Below, piece after piece: positions 1-9,915 of a DNA stretch of 64,000 nt. Each line of letters starts with the position of its first letter. Positions within the stretch are counted from its first letter, which is position 1. The notes under the pieces are model-generated. The model was not told where the DNA came from. It saw nothing but the letters and a program-made list of their open reading frames with translations, and made no database searches. A program made the position numbers and the translations under genes. Source of the DNA: an uncultured Methanosarcinales archaeon (lineage in GTDB: Archaea > Nanobdellota > Nanobdellia > Woesearchaeales > CAYSVS01); NCBI GenBank assembly GCA_964434475.1, contig CAYSVS010000001.1, positions 22,820 through 86,819 of the forward strand. The letters run 5' to 3'.

Positions 1-372
1 ACGCAAAAGGATAATTCTTATCTTTTAGGGGATGCTGCTTGCCAGGTTAAGGCAACAACAGGAGGAGGCATCTTACAAGGATTAACTGCTGCAAGATGTT
101 TGTCTAAAGCTATATCTAAAGAAAAGGATTATCAAACGTTATGGAAAAAGGATTTAGGTTTTGAGCTTGGGCTGCATCTTAAGATAAGAAAAATGCTTAA
201 TTCATTCTATAATAAGGATTATGATCGTCTGATCAGATTGATGTCTCAAAAGAGGATAAGGAAAATATTGTCTGAAACAAGCAGAGATAATGTATTTGCA
301 CTATCTTCTAGATTACTGTTGAATGAGCCAAGATTCGCTTATTTCATAAAAAATTTTATAAAGTCTTTCTGA
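1..372 (+). CDS. Geranylgeranyl reductase-family FAD-dependent oxidoreductase, C-terminal fragment (5' end lies outside the window)
   Basis: Frame 1 is open from base 1 and translates ...LLGDAACQVKATTGGGILQGLTAARCL..., which matches the GDAAG...TGGGI signature of the geranylgeranyl reductase family. The ORF-track ORF 100..372 is the in-frame tail. Confidence 0.5.
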   Translation, partial: TQKDNSYLLGDAACQVKATTGGGILQGLTAARCLSKAISKEKDYQTLWKKDLGFELGLHLKIRKMLNSFYNKDYDRLIRLMSQKRIRKILSETSRDNVFALSSRLLLNEPRFAYFIKNFIKSF

Positions 373-385
373 TATTGTTATAATT

Positions 386-778
386 ATGTCAGAAACAAAG
401 ACTTGGGCTATATTTGTTGTAATATTATGTACTTTCCTGACTTCGGCAGCGCAGATTTTTCTTAAATATGGTTCAAATGTGTTGAGATTTGATATGGTTT
501 CATTATTTACTAATTATAATCTTATTGCAGGCATAGTGCTTTATATGCTTGGTGCTATGCTGCTCATAGTAGCTTTCAGCGGAGGAGAAGTAACAGCTTT
601 GTATCCTATATTCGCGACAAGTTATGTGTGGGTGTTGATTTTATCGTATTTTTTTTTGGGTGAAAGCTTGAATATATTCAAGATATTGGCTATATTTATC
701 ATAATCTCTGGAATCTATCTGGTGACTTATGGAAGCAGAAAAAAAGATAAGACATTGCAATATGTGGATGTGGTATGA
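386..778 (+). CDS. Small 4-TM EamA/DMT-type membrane protein (SMR-like half transporter; ArnE/ArnF- or GtrA-like candidate flippase subunit)
   Basis: 130 aa with four hydrophobic helices and a GGEVTALYPIFATSYVWV motif typical of EamA half-domains. Paired with an overlapping paralog. Confidence 0.5.
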   Translation: MSETKTWAIFVVILCTFLTSAAQIFLKYGSNVLRFDMVSLFTNYNLIAGIVLYMLGAMLLIVAFSGGEVTALYPIFATSYVWVLILSYFFLGESLNIFKILAIFIIISGIYLVTYGSRKKDKTLQYVDVV

Positions 779-1122
779 TGGCTGTAGAATTATGGTCAGT
801 AGGATTGGTATTGGTTTGTGCCTTGATAGGAGCATTAGGTCCAATATTCATCAAAAAAGGTACAGCAGATTTAAAGTTGTCAAATATCCATAAGAACTAT
901 AATCTATTTTTAGGTGTATTCTTTTATGGTTTTTCTCTCCTACTATTTATTATAGCATTAAAAGGGGGAGAAGTATCTATATTGTATCCTTTGGTTTCTA
1001 CTGGTTATGTATGGGTTGCTTTGTTTTCTCAGAAGTATCTTAATGAATCTATGAATAGATATAAATGGTCAGGCATAGCTTTGATAATGTTTGGTGTAAT
1101 CCTTATATCTGTTGCTATGTGA
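775..1122 (+). CDS. Small 4-TM EamA/DMT-type membrane protein, paralog of the upstream gene
   Basis: 115 aa with a GGEVSILYPLVSTGYVWV motif. Start overlaps the upstream stop (ATGA). Paired small EamA proteins resemble ArnE/ArnF heterodimeric lipid-linked sugar flippases. Confidence 0.5.
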   Translation: MMAVELWSVGLVLVCALIGALGPIFIKKGTADLKLSNIHKNYNLFLGVFFYGFSLLLFIIALKGGEVSILYPLVSTGYVWVALFSQKYLNESMNRYKWSGIALIMFGVILISVAM

Positions 1123-1264
1123 TTCTCCTGAATAGTATTTATAGGATATGTATTTTATCGTCAATCAAAAAGTTTATAAATTGCGTGGTTTTTCAGGTTA
1201 AAATAATTGATATATTGATAATAATTTGTTATCATATTATTGGATGATGAGGGGTTGGTTTTTG

Positions 1265-4200
1265 ATGGAAGAAAATGTTAAAAAATCAGATGAAGAGGTT
1301 ATTGATGTAACTAAATATTTTAAAAATATAAAGAACATATTTATTGGAAAGAATAAAGGCTTCAAGCCCTTTTTAAAGGATCATGGATTTTGGTTTATAC
1401 CTTTGTTATGTATATTGATCGCCATGTCTTTTAGTGTTTTTATGAGAATCCAGCCTGCTTATCTTCCTATAACTGATGATTGGGCAGATAATAGTATAGA
1501 AAACTATGTCAAAAGCCAAGTGGAAACAAAGATCAATCAGCAATACCCTAATCTTCCTTCAGAGAACAAGCAATCCCTTATCACAGCTGAGATGCAGAAT
1601 GTTATGAAACAACAGGAAGACCAATTAGTACAGCAAAAAGAAGCACTTAGCCAGCAATATAAAGCAAAGATGCAGGATGAAGATGGAAGAACTTATCTGT
1701 TGGCGATAGATCCTTATTATTGGTATGGTTTGGCAAAGAATAAGATAGAGTATGGTCATTATGGTAATAAGATAAACGAAGAAGGAAAGAGTGTTTATAC
1801 TTTAAGGAATGGCAGGATAGGTAAAAAAGTGACTAGCTTCTTGGTGAATCCTGCTGCCATGGTAATCATATACAGGATTATGCATCTTTTTAACCCTTCT
1901 TTAGATCTTATGGGTGCTGCTTTTTATATGCCTTTGATATTGGTAACATTAACTATAATACCTATTTTTTTTGTAACAAGAAAAGTTGGAGGAAATGTAG
2001 GAGGGTTATTTGCAAGTATAATCTTTGCAGTCAATAGTGCTTTATTAAGCAGGACTCCGGCAGGTTTTGCAGACAGCGATGCATACAATGTATTGTTTCC
2101 AGCTTTTATCGCATGGATGTTGATAGAGGCTTTAGATGCTAAATCTGCAAGAGCTCAAAAAGGATATATCGCTTTAGGCGGCTTGTTCACAGGCTTGTTT
2201 GCTATGGCTTGGTCAGGATGGGGTTTTATGTATGATTTTGTTATAGCTACCATAGGCTTGATGTTTTTGTCGTATATTGTTGTCTATAAGAAAACATTGT
2301 TCGGACCAGAAAAATTATCTGATGGGATAAAGGATTTCTTTAAAAGGTCCAAAGTTAAAAGTATTATTACAATATTGGTAACTTATCTTATATCTGCAGC
2401 ATTGTTTGTCACGCTTTTTGTTGATTTTAACAGCTATACTTCTGCTTTGTTAAAACCTTTAAAGTTCATGAAAATAAAAGATGTTGCTGTAAAAACAGTA
2501 TGGCCTAATGTGATGACTACTGTGGCTGAATTTAATACTGTTGATTTTTCTAAAATAGTCACACAGATGGGCGGCAAACTATTGTTCTATATAGCTATAG
2601 CAGGAATAGTTTTGACAGTATTCAGGAAAGATGAAAGGGATAAGATAGATTTGAAGCATTTCTTTTTGTTGTCCATGTGGTTTGTAGGTACTGCTTATGC
2701 ATTCACTAAAGGAACAAGGTTTGCTTTGCTTATGGTGCCTGCTTTTGCGATAGCGTTCGGTGTTGCTATAGGTTATGTTTTTAAGGTTGTTTCTGAGTGG
2801 TCAAGCAGAGAATTAAAGATAAACATGGAATTATCTAAGATAATGCTTTTCATAGTTCTTGCTTTGCTGCTTGTAAGTCCTGTTAAATCAGGCAACAATG
2901 TTGCTAAACATGAGATCCCGAGTTTCAATGATGCATGGCATGATACTTTGAGAGGGATACATGATGCATCTGATGACTCTATTATAACATCGTGGTGGGA
3001 TTTTGGACATTGGTTTGTAACTATGGGCGAAAGAAGAGTTACTTTTGATGGTGGAGATCAAGGTAAAAGGATACATTGGGTAGGAAGAAGCTTGGTTACA
3101 GATGATGAAGAGGAATCTGCAGCGATACTTAAGATGCTTAATTGCGGACAAGAGGAATCTCATAGAAAATTGAAGGAGTATTTAGAAGATGACTATAAAG
3201 CAGTCATGCTATTGAAAAATATAATCATGATGGATAGGTCAGAAGCTGAACAAATACTGAAAGAAAATGGGTTGAGTGATGCTCAGGTAACTGAAGTTCT
3301 TGACTTATCGCACTGCGATAATCTAATAGATAACTTCTATATCGCTTCTGAAGACATGGTAGGAAAAGCAGGAGTTTGGGGACATTTTGGCAGTTGGGAT
3401 TTTGAGAAAGCTTCAATGTATAATAAGGTAAAGAAAATTAAGTCATACGAAGAAGGCATATCTATACTTAAGGAAGAATTTAATCTAAGTCCTGAGAAGG
3501 CTGACAACTATTATTATGAGATAAAGAACAAGGATGCTGATAAATGGATTTCACCTTGGCCAGGATATTATTCTTCTTTGAGCAATTGTAAGAAAGAAGA
3601 TAATGTTATTTTTTGTAATAATGGCGTAGAGGTAAACTTAAATACAATGGAGCCTTATATCAATTCACAAGGCGGAAGAGTACAGCCTAAAAAGATGGCT
3701 TATCTTGACAGTAATCATGAGTTTAAGGTTAAAGAATTTGAATCAGATATACCTTATGGTATTGCTCTTGTTCTGAACGGAGACAGCTATAGATCTATAT
3801 TGATGAGTCAGGAACAGACAGCTTCCATGTTTACGAGATTGTTCTATTTTGAAGGACACGGCTTAAAATATTTCAAACCTTTTAGTGACAAAACAACATT
3901 CAACGGTCAAAGGATATTAACCTATAGGATGAATTGGGATGCTAATGAGACAAATGAGGTTGAAAAATTCTTGCCTTCTTTGGAGGTAAAGGCGAGCCAT
4001 ATTTTGATTACTATGCAGGAGAATGCTACAGAAGAAGAAAGAAAGCAAAAGTTGTTGAAGATAGAACAGCTGCAGGCAAAAGCATTATCTGGAGATAATT
4101 TTGCGGTTTTGGCAAAAGAAAATTCAGATTGTCCTTCGGGTAAAGAAGGCGGCGATCTAGGATGGTTTGGCAAAGGCAATATGGTAAAGCCTTTTGAAGA

Positions 4201-4384
4201 TGCTGCTTTCAGTCTTGATGTAGGAGAGATGTCTGATGTAGTTGAAACGCGTTTTGGATATCATCTGATATATCTTACAGGAAAAAGAAGGGGCGAATCA
4301 GTAGAAGAGATCAATCTAGAGATTCCTGTTGAAGAAAAACCTGTCAATAAAACAACTGACAAATTTAGGAACGAATACAATTAA
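1265..4384 (+). CDS. aglB: Archaeal oligosaccharyltransferase AglB (STT3 family) with a C-terminal parvulin/PpiC-type peptidyl-prolyl isomerase domain
   Basis: Multi-TM N-terminal half and a WWDFG motif (SWWDFGHWFVTMG) diagnostic of STT3/AglB. The C-terminal ~110 aa (ASHILI...GGDLGWFGKGNMVKPFEDAAFSLDVGEMSDVVETRFGYHLIYL) matches PpiC/parvulin rotamases. The likely start is the ATG at 1265 (MEENVKK) preceded by a GAGGGG SD-like motif; the ORF track opens at 1226. Confidence 0.8.
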   Translation: MEENVKKSDEEVIDVTKYFKNIKNIFIGKNKGFKPFLKDHGFWFIPLLCILIAMSFSVFMRIQPAYLPITDDWADNSIENYVKSQVETKINQQYPNLPSENKQSLITAEMQNVMKQQEDQLVQQKEALSQQYKAKMQDEDGRTYLLAIDPYYWYGLAKNKIEYGHYGNKINEEGKSVYTLRNGRIGKKVTSFLVNPAAMVIIYRIMHLFNPSLDLMGAAFYMPLILVTLTIIPIFFVTRKVGGNVGGLFASIIFAVNSALLSRTPAGFADSDAYNVLFPAFIAWMLIEALDAKSARAQKGYIALGGLFTGLFAMAWSGWGFMYDFVIATIGLMFLSYIVVYKKTLFGPEKLSDGIKDFFKRSKVKSIITILVTYLISAALFVTLFVDFNSYTSALLKPLKFMKIKDVAVKTVWPNVMTTVAEFNTVDFSKIVTQMGGKLLFYIAIAGIVLTVFRKDERDKIDLKHFFLLSMWFVGTAYAFTKGTRFALLMVPAFAIAFGVAIGYVFKVVSEWSSRELKINMELSKIMLFIVLALLLVSPVKSGNNVAKHEIPSFNDAWHDTLRGIHDASDDSIITSWWDFGHWFVTMGERRVTFDGGDQGKRIHWVGRSLVTDDEEESAAILKMLNCGQEESHRKLKEYLEDDYKAVMLLKNIIMMDRSEAEQILKENGLSDAQVTEVLDLSHCDNLIDNFYIASEDMVGKAGVWGHFGSWDFEKASMYNKVKKIKSYEEGISILKEEFNLSPEKADNYYYEIKNKDADKWISPWPGYYSSLSNCKKEDNVIFCNNGVEVNLNTMEPYINSQGGRVQPKKMAYLDSNHEFKVKEFESDIPYGIALVLNGDSYRSILMSQEQTASMFTRLFYFEGHGLKYFKPFSDKTTFNGQRILTYRMNWDANETNEVEKFLPSLEVKASHILITMQENATEEERKQKLLKIEQLQAKALSGDNFAVLAKENSDCPSGKEGGDLGWFGKGNMVKPFEDAAFSLDVGEMSDVVETRFGYHLIYLTGKRRGESVEEINLEIPVEEKPVNKTTDKFRNEYN

Positions 4385-4408
4385 TTTTTTATTTTTATAT
4401 ATCAGAAA

Positions 4409-5074
4409 ATGGACAAAAATAATACATGGGTTGTTATACCAGCCTATAATGAAGCGACCAGAGTAGGCAAAGTAATAGAAAAAGCGAAAAAATATTGTTC
4501 TAATATTGTTGTTGTTGATGACGGCAGTAAAGATAATACCTGTGATGCAGCAAAAAAAGAAAAAGTTACTGTACTGAAGCATATAGTAAATATGGGCAAG
4601 GGATCAGCTTTGAAAACTGGTTGTGATTATGCTGTTCTTAACGGAGCAAAGTATATGGTTGTAATGGATTCAGATGGACAGCATGAAGCAAGTGAAATAC
4701 CTGGTTTTTTAAAGATGCTTGAAAAAGGAAATGATATTGTTTTTGGAAATAGGGTCAAGAGAAAAGATATGCCTTTTGTATTGCGCTTCGGAAATTGGTT
4801 CATCAATTTTATGACTTATATATTATTTGGAATTAAGTTAAGGGATACTCAATCAGGGTATAGGGCTTTCACATCAAAGGCATATAAAAAGATAAGATGG
4901 AATGCTCAGGATTATTCTATGGAATCAGAGATGATAGCTAATGCTGGTAAGAATAAGCTTAAATATAAGGAGATACCTATTGCAACAATATACGGAGATA
5001 AATATAAAGGCACAACAATAATCGATGGTGTAAAGATAGTACTTAGATTATGTTTATGGAGGTTGACAAGATGA
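4409..5074 (+). CDS. GT2-family polyprenyl-phosphate glycosyltransferase (DPM1/ArnC-like)
   Basis: N-terminal VVIPAYNEA...VVVDDGSKDNT GT-A fold signature and DSDGQH motif. 221 aa, typical dolichyl-phosphate sugar synthase size. Confidence 0.75.
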   Translation: MDKNNTWVVIPAYNEATRVGKVIEKAKKYCSNIVVVDDGSKDNTCDAAKKEKVTVLKHIVNMGKGSALKTGCDYAVLNGAKYMVVMDSDGQHEASEIPGFLKMLEKGNDIVFGNRVKRKDMPFVLRFGNWFINFMTYILFGIKLRDTQSGYRAFTSKAYKKIRWNAQDYSMESEMIANAGKNKLKYKEIPIATIYGDKYKGTTIIDGVKIVLRLCLWRLTR

Positions 5075-5400
5075 TATTGGGAATACAGATTATAGGGATA
5101 TTGTTCGGTTTGTTTATGTTATATTATACTTTTATCCATTTCAAAAGAAATGAGATATCAAGACCAGAAGTTATATTGTGGACTTTTGCATGGTTGTTTT
5201 TCATATTTTTGACGATTTTTCCTAATAGCCTGGATTTTGTAGCAAGCTCCTTAAATCTTAGCAGGACAATGGATTTTTTGATAATTATGGGATTTTTGTT
5301 CTTGATAGGTTTGACTTATTATGATTATTTTGTAACAAAAAAGAATCAAAAGAAAGTTGAATTATTAGTAAGGAAAATAGCGATAGAGAAAAAGAGGTAA
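5071..5400 (+). CDS. Small 3-4 TM membrane protein (DUF2304/GtrA-like accessory to the GT2 gene)
   Basis: Likely start is the ATG overlapping the GT2 stop (ATGA). About 109 aa with three hydrophobic helices. Small membrane partners commonly follow polyprenyl-P GT2 genes. Confidence 0.35.
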   Translation: MILGIQIIGILFGLFMLYYTFIHFKRNEISRPEVILWTFAWLFFIFLTIFPNSLDFVASSLNLSRTMDFLIIMGFLFLIGLTYYDYFVTKKNQKKVELLVRKIAIEKKR

Positions 5401-5433
5401 AGTTTATAAAGCCCTTTTTCTATTTTTATTCTT

Positions 5434-5793
5434 ATGATCCGATTTTTGAAAAAAAACTTTGTCAAGTTCAGAAATTATATAATACATAGCAAGATATTCC
5501 TGCAAAGGACAATGTCTTGGGTAAGTATAGCTAACTCAGGCATGATATTGTTTTTGGTATTAAGTAAATTTCAGGAATATGGTTTTAAGATACATATAAC
5601 AAGATGGATAATACCTATATACTTCATATTCCTTTTAATGCTTATCGTGTTTGGCTTTGTTGAAGATAGATTGGGATTTCATAGGGAAGAGAAAAGAGTG
5701 CAGGAGAGAAGAAGTCCTTATATGAAAGAGATGCTTGAAAGGATGGACAAAATCGAGAAGAAATTAAATAGCATACAGAGAAAGATAAAATGA
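5434..5793 (+). CDS. Small membrane protein, unknown function
   Basis: 119 aa with two or three hydrophobic segments. Stop overlaps the start of the downstream GT4 gene. Confidence 0.3.
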   Translation: MIRFLKKNFVKFRNYIIHSKIFLQRTMSWVSIANSGMILFLVLSKFQEYGFKIHITRWIIPIYFIFLLMLIVFGFVEDRLGFHREEKRVQERRSPYMKEMLERMDKIEKKLNSIQRKIK

Positions 5794-6923
5794 AGATACT
5801 TTTTGTGATTGAGAACTATATTCCGCATATAGGCGGGGTGGAGATCGTATTCAAGAACCTTGCAGAAGGCTTGGCTAAGCAAGGGCATGATGTTTCTATT
5901 GTCACACACAGGATAAAAAGCACTAGTAAGTATGAGACGATAAATGGTGTTGATATCTACAGGGTAAATTGTCTAAATTCAAGATATTTCTTTACATTTT
6001 TTTCTGTTCCTTTAGTCATTAAACTTGCAAAAGACTGTGATATTATCCATACGACAACATATAATGGGGCGTTTCCTGCAAAAGTTGCTGCAATGTTTAG
6101 GAGAAAGCCTTCGATAATAACTGTGCATGAAGTGTTAGGTAAATTATGGGCTATAACAGATGTGTCTTGGCTTACAGCGAAGATATTGAAGTTTTTTGAG
6201 TGGCTTATAATCAAGCTAAACTTTGACAAGTATGTTTGTGTGTCTAACTCTACAAAAAAGCAAGTGTTGACACAAAGTATAAAGAAAGATAAAGTGATGA
6301 CAATATATAACGGAGTTGATTATGACTTTTGGAATCCTAATAAATATGATGGTGAGATTATACGTAATAAATTAGGATTGCAGGATAATTTTGTATTCTT
6401 GTTTTACGGCAGACCTGGAGTTAGTAAAGGACTAGAGTATTTGATTAAAGCTATTCCTAAGATTATTGAGAAAGTGCCAAATGCTATGTTTTTTGGAATT
6501 GTGAGTAAAGATAAGGCTTATCAGAAGAGATATGATATGATCTTGGATATGATCAAGAACTTAGGTATTGAGAATAATGTGATTATGCATGATCCTGTTC
6601 CATATAAGGAATTGCCTAATTTCATCAAGATGGCAGATTGCGTGGTTATACCAAGCTTGACAGAAGGCTTTGGTTTTACGACAGCAGAAAGCTGCGCTAT
6701 GGATAAGCCTGTAGTAGTAAGTAATACAACTTCTTTGCCAGAGGTTGTTTCAGGCAGATATAAACTTGTTTCGCCTAAAGATTCTAGTGCAATAGCTGAA
6801 GCTGTAATTAATATTGCAAACAATAAATATGAGCAAAAGCCGAAGAAAATATTTAATCTGCAGGATAATATAGACAATTATGTCAAGCTTTACAAAAGTA
6901 TGTTAAATAAAGAAAAGATTTAA
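5790..6923 (+). CDS. GT4-family glycosyltransferase (Glyco_trans_4 + Glycos_transf_1)
   Basis: N-terminus MKILFVIENYIPHIGGVEIVFKNLAEGLAKQGHDVSIVT and a C-terminal EGFGFTTAESCAMDKPVV E-x7-E motif. Confidence 0.75.
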   Translation: MKILFVIENYIPHIGGVEIVFKNLAEGLAKQGHDVSIVTHRIKSTSKYETINGVDIYRVNCLNSRYFFTFFSVPLVIKLAKDCDIIHTTTYNGAFPAKVAAMFRRKPSIITVHEVLGKLWAITDVSWLTAKILKFFEWLIIKLNFDKYVCVSNSTKKQVLTQSIKKDKVMTIYNGVDYDFWNPNKYDGEIIRNKLGLQDNFVFLFYGRPGVSKGLEYLIKAIPKIIEKVPNAMFFGIVSKDKAYQKRYDMILDMIKNLGIENNVIMHDPVPYKELPNFIKMADCVVIPSLTEGFGFTTAESCAMDKPVVVSNTTSLPEVVSGRYKLVSPKDSSAIAEAVINIANNKYEQKPKKIFNLQDNIDNYVKLYKSMLNKEKI

Positions 6924-6948
6924 AAAACAACTATTTTTCTTATTCAAT

Positions 6949-8709
6949 ATGGTATTAAGAAGTCCAATATGCACAGTAGTAGGTCATGTAGATCATGGAA
7001 AAAGCAGCATATTAGATAGGATTAGGCGTTCAAAGATTGTTGCAGGAGAAGCGGGTAAAATAACTCAACATATAGGTGCTTCAGTTGTTCCTTTGGATAT
7101 TGTTAAGAAAATATGCGGTGATCTGTTGAAGTCTATAGGTTTGACCATCCCAGGTATATTGTTTATAGATACTCCTGGTCATGCTGCTTTTACTCATCTC
7201 CGTAAAAGAGGAGGTAATTTAGCAGATATTGCCATACTTGTTGTTGATATAAATGAAGGTTTTAAACCTCAGACTATCGAAAGTATTGAGATTCTTAGAA
7301 GCTACAAGACTCCTTTTGTAATTGCTGCAAACAAGGTTGATCTTTTGCCAAGATGGAGAAGTGATGCAAAGACTCCTGTTCTTGCAAATTTGCAGAAACA
7401 AACTCCAGAAGTAATAACTGCTTTTGAGACAAAAATGTATGAATTAGTAGGGAAGATGTTTGAGTTTGGTATGGAGAGTGAAAGATTTGACAGGGTAGGA
7501 GATTTTACAAAACAGATTGCCATAGTGCCAGTAAGTGCTGAAACTGGAGAAGGCATACCTGAATTACTTATGGTTATTTCAGGACTAGCTCAAAAGTTTT
7601 TAGAGAATAATCTTAAATGTGAATGTGGCAGCAGCGCAAAAGGTACTATCTTGGAGGTAAAGGAAGAGAAAGGGCTTGGAAAGACTGTTGATGTGATAAT
7701 TTATGATGGAAGTTTACATGTTAATGATACTATTGTTATAGGCGGGATAAATCAGCCTATTGTAACAAAGATAAGAGCTTTGCTTGAGCCTCTTCCTTTG
7801 AAAGAGATGAGGGATAAAAAGACAAAGTTCAAATCTGTAAAGGAAGCAGTTGCTGCTACAGGAGTAAAGATTGCAGCGCCTGAACTTGATGAAGTTGTGC
7901 CTGGGATGCCAATAAGAAGCTGTGCAAAAGAAGATATTGATAAGGTAAGTGAAGATATACAGCGGGAAGTGGATGAGGTAATTGTCGAGACTGAAGAGGA
8001 CGGAATAATAGTAAAAGCAGATACTTTGGGCAGTCTAGAGGCTGTTACAGCATTGATGCGCGAGTATGATTTTAAGGTAAGGAAAGCAAATGTAGGTGCA
8101 ATAAGCAAAAAAGATGTTGCAGAAGCAGAAAGCAATCATGACAGGGATCCTTTTACTTCAGTAATTGTAGGGTTTAATGTTGATGTAAAACCTGATGTTA
8201 AAACACCTGATAATGTGAAAATAATAAATAGCGATGTTATATATAGGCTTGTGGAAGATATGCAGAAATATGTGGAAGAAGAGAAAAAAAGACAGGAGAT
8301 GAAAGCTTTAGAAGGATTGACTTGGCCTTGTAAGATTGAGCTTATGAGAGGTTATGTGTTCAGACAGAATAACCCTGCTGTTGTTGGATGTGATGTTCTT
8401 TCTGGAAAACTGAAAACAGGTATGCAGTTGATGAAAGCAGACGGACAGCCGATCACTTCAGTGAAGAGTATGCAAAAAGAAAAAGAGAGCAAGAGTGATA
8501 TTAAAGTGGGAGAGCAGGCAGCTGTAGCAATGGAAAAAGTTACAGTAGGCAGACAGATAAACGAAGGCGACATATTATACTCTTTTGTTCCTGAGAAAGA
8601 TTTTAGGCAGTTCAAGGATCATAAAAATTTGCTAGAAGGCAAGACAAAAGAATTGCTGAAAGAAATAGCTGAAATCATGCGAAGAAAGAACCCTGTTTGG
8701 GGTGTTTAA
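6949..8709 (+). CDS. infB: Translation initiation factor aIF5B (aIF-2/IF2 homolog)
   Basis: G domain with GHVDHGKSS, DTPGH, NKVD; the domain order is typical of aIF5B. 586 aa. Confidence 0.85.
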   Translation: MVLRSPICTVVGHVDHGKSSILDRIRRSKIVAGEAGKITQHIGASVVPLDIVKKICGDLLKSIGLTIPGILFIDTPGHAAFTHLRKRGGNLADIAILVVDINEGFKPQTIESIEILRSYKTPFVIAANKVDLLPRWRSDAKTPVLANLQKQTPEVITAFETKMYELVGKMFEFGMESERFDRVGDFTKQIAIVPVSAETGEGIPELLMVISGLAQKFLENNLKCECGSSAKGTILEVKEEKGLGKTVDVIIYDGSLHVNDTIVIGGINQPIVTKIRALLEPLPLKEMRDKKTKFKSVKEAVAATGVKIAAPELDEVVPGMPIRSCAKEDIDKVSEDIQREVDEVIVETEEDGIIVKADTLGSLEAVTALMREYDFKVRKANVGAISKKDVAEAESNHDRDPFTSVIVGFNVDVKPDVKTPDNVKIINSDVIYRLVEDMQKYVEEEKKRQEMKALEGLTWPCKIELMRGYVFRQNNPAVVGCDVLSGKLKTGMQLMKADGQPITSVKSMQKEKESKSDIKVGEQAAVAMEKVTVGRQINEGDILYSFVPEKDFRQFKDHKNLLEGKTKELLKEIAEIMRRKNPVWGV

Positions 8710-9770
8710 GAAAAGATTTTTTTTAGATTTTTTATGTGGTTTTTGGGCATATATTTTAATTTTTTCTCAAAAAATTCTTCAAAGCTTTCTGCGTTGTAGC
8801 TTTCTTTTAGTTTTTCTCGAAAAGTTGATTTAGTCATATCTTTAACATCATTCATAATCTTGATAAAATCAAAAAAATGTCTGTGCTTTTCTGCTCTTTT
8901 AACTATAGCTTCGCGTTCTTCTGCATATATCTCTTTGACCCTTTTTAGCGTGAAAATCTTGGGATGTTTTTTGTGATATCTTTTAAGCAATACATCTTGA
9001 ACAGATAATTCTTTTCTTATAGGTCGTTTGTTAAATAGTAGATTAAAATCAAAAAGAATGGTGTCAAAACCAGCAACTATCCTGTTTCTTGGGCTTAATA
9101 CATCTGAGTATACTTCCAAAAAATCAGCATGGCAATTTGCTCTTATTATGCCGTCAATATAATCTTCGTTTTTAAGCAAAAATTCTTCATTAACCTCATC
9201 CACTGTGTGTCCTTTGATTGAGTCTTCTAAAAACACTGTTCTGTTGAACGTATATTCTGGCATTTCATATTCGCAAATAATATCATATAAGAAACGTCCT
9301 AAAATCCTTGCTGTGTCTGGTTTTTTAGCATATACTGGCCATTTTACTTTGTTTCTATTTTTGTTATATTGTATCTTTATAGGGGTTGAACTTGTATGTA
9401 TCATATAATCTCTTTTTCTTATCTTGAATTCTTGTTTTCTTCTCTTGAACAATGAAGCTAAAGCATTGCAGCATATTCTTTCTGCATCTTTTTTTGCAGA
9501 TTTAGTCTTATTTTTCACAGGATATGTGTAGATATCTTCATATTCTCTATCAGTTTCATAACATCTGGGCACATTTTTTGCATCTTTACCTGTTATGTTT
9601 CTATATGTTATCCTTTTCTTTATATTTGTTTTATCGTCTTTTTTTGGAAGATTTACGTATTGTTTGTGTTTTTTAAAGAAATTTATTATATTTTGAGGTA
9701 TTTCTACGAATTCTTGCCTAAGATCTGTTGCATATAGATTTATTGTTGAATATTTTGCCATGATGATCAA
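8706..9770 (-). CDS. Hypothetical protein (ORFan, K-rich)
   Basis: Long 354-aa ORF with coding-like composition and no motif I can recognise. Confidence 0.4.
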   Translation of the reverse strand: MIIMAKYSTINLYATDLRQEFVEIPQNIINFFKKHKQYVNLPKKDDKTNIKKRITYRNITGKDAKNVPRCYETDREYEDIYTYPVKNKTKSAKKDAERICCNALASLFKRRKQEFKIRKRDYMIHTSSTPIKIQYNKNRNKVKWPVYAKKPDTARILGRFLYDIICEYEMPEYTFNRTVFLEDSIKGHTVDEVNEEFLLKNEDYIDGIIRANCHADFLEVYSDVLSPRNRIVAGFDTILFDFNLLFNKRPIRKELSVQDVLLKRYHKKHPKIFTLKRVKEIYAEEREAIVKRAEKHRHFFDFIKIMNDVKDMTKSTFREKLKESYNAESFEEFFEKKLKYMPKNHIKNLKKIFS

Positions 9771-9915
9771 ATATTAATTTTTTAATGTATTGGATAAATC
9801 ATAAAAACTTATAAATCTAACTTCTGGTTTTTAATCTGTCTGTTTTTATGTTGACACTAATTTCTGTAAATTCTTTGCATAATGCTTATAAATACGGCTT
9901 GTTTTTGATAAAATC

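Noticed and set aside
1065-1247. Small plus-strand ORF overlapping the end of the EamA gene and the aglB upstream region
   Set aside because: It has low-complexity I/C-rich translation, overlaps a better gene, and lies in an AT-rich promoter region; it is probably spurious.
9205-9408. 67-aa plus-strand ORF inside the minus-strand gene 8706..9770
   Set aside because: It is fully antisense to a longer ORF and its composition is typical of an AT-rich shadow ORF.
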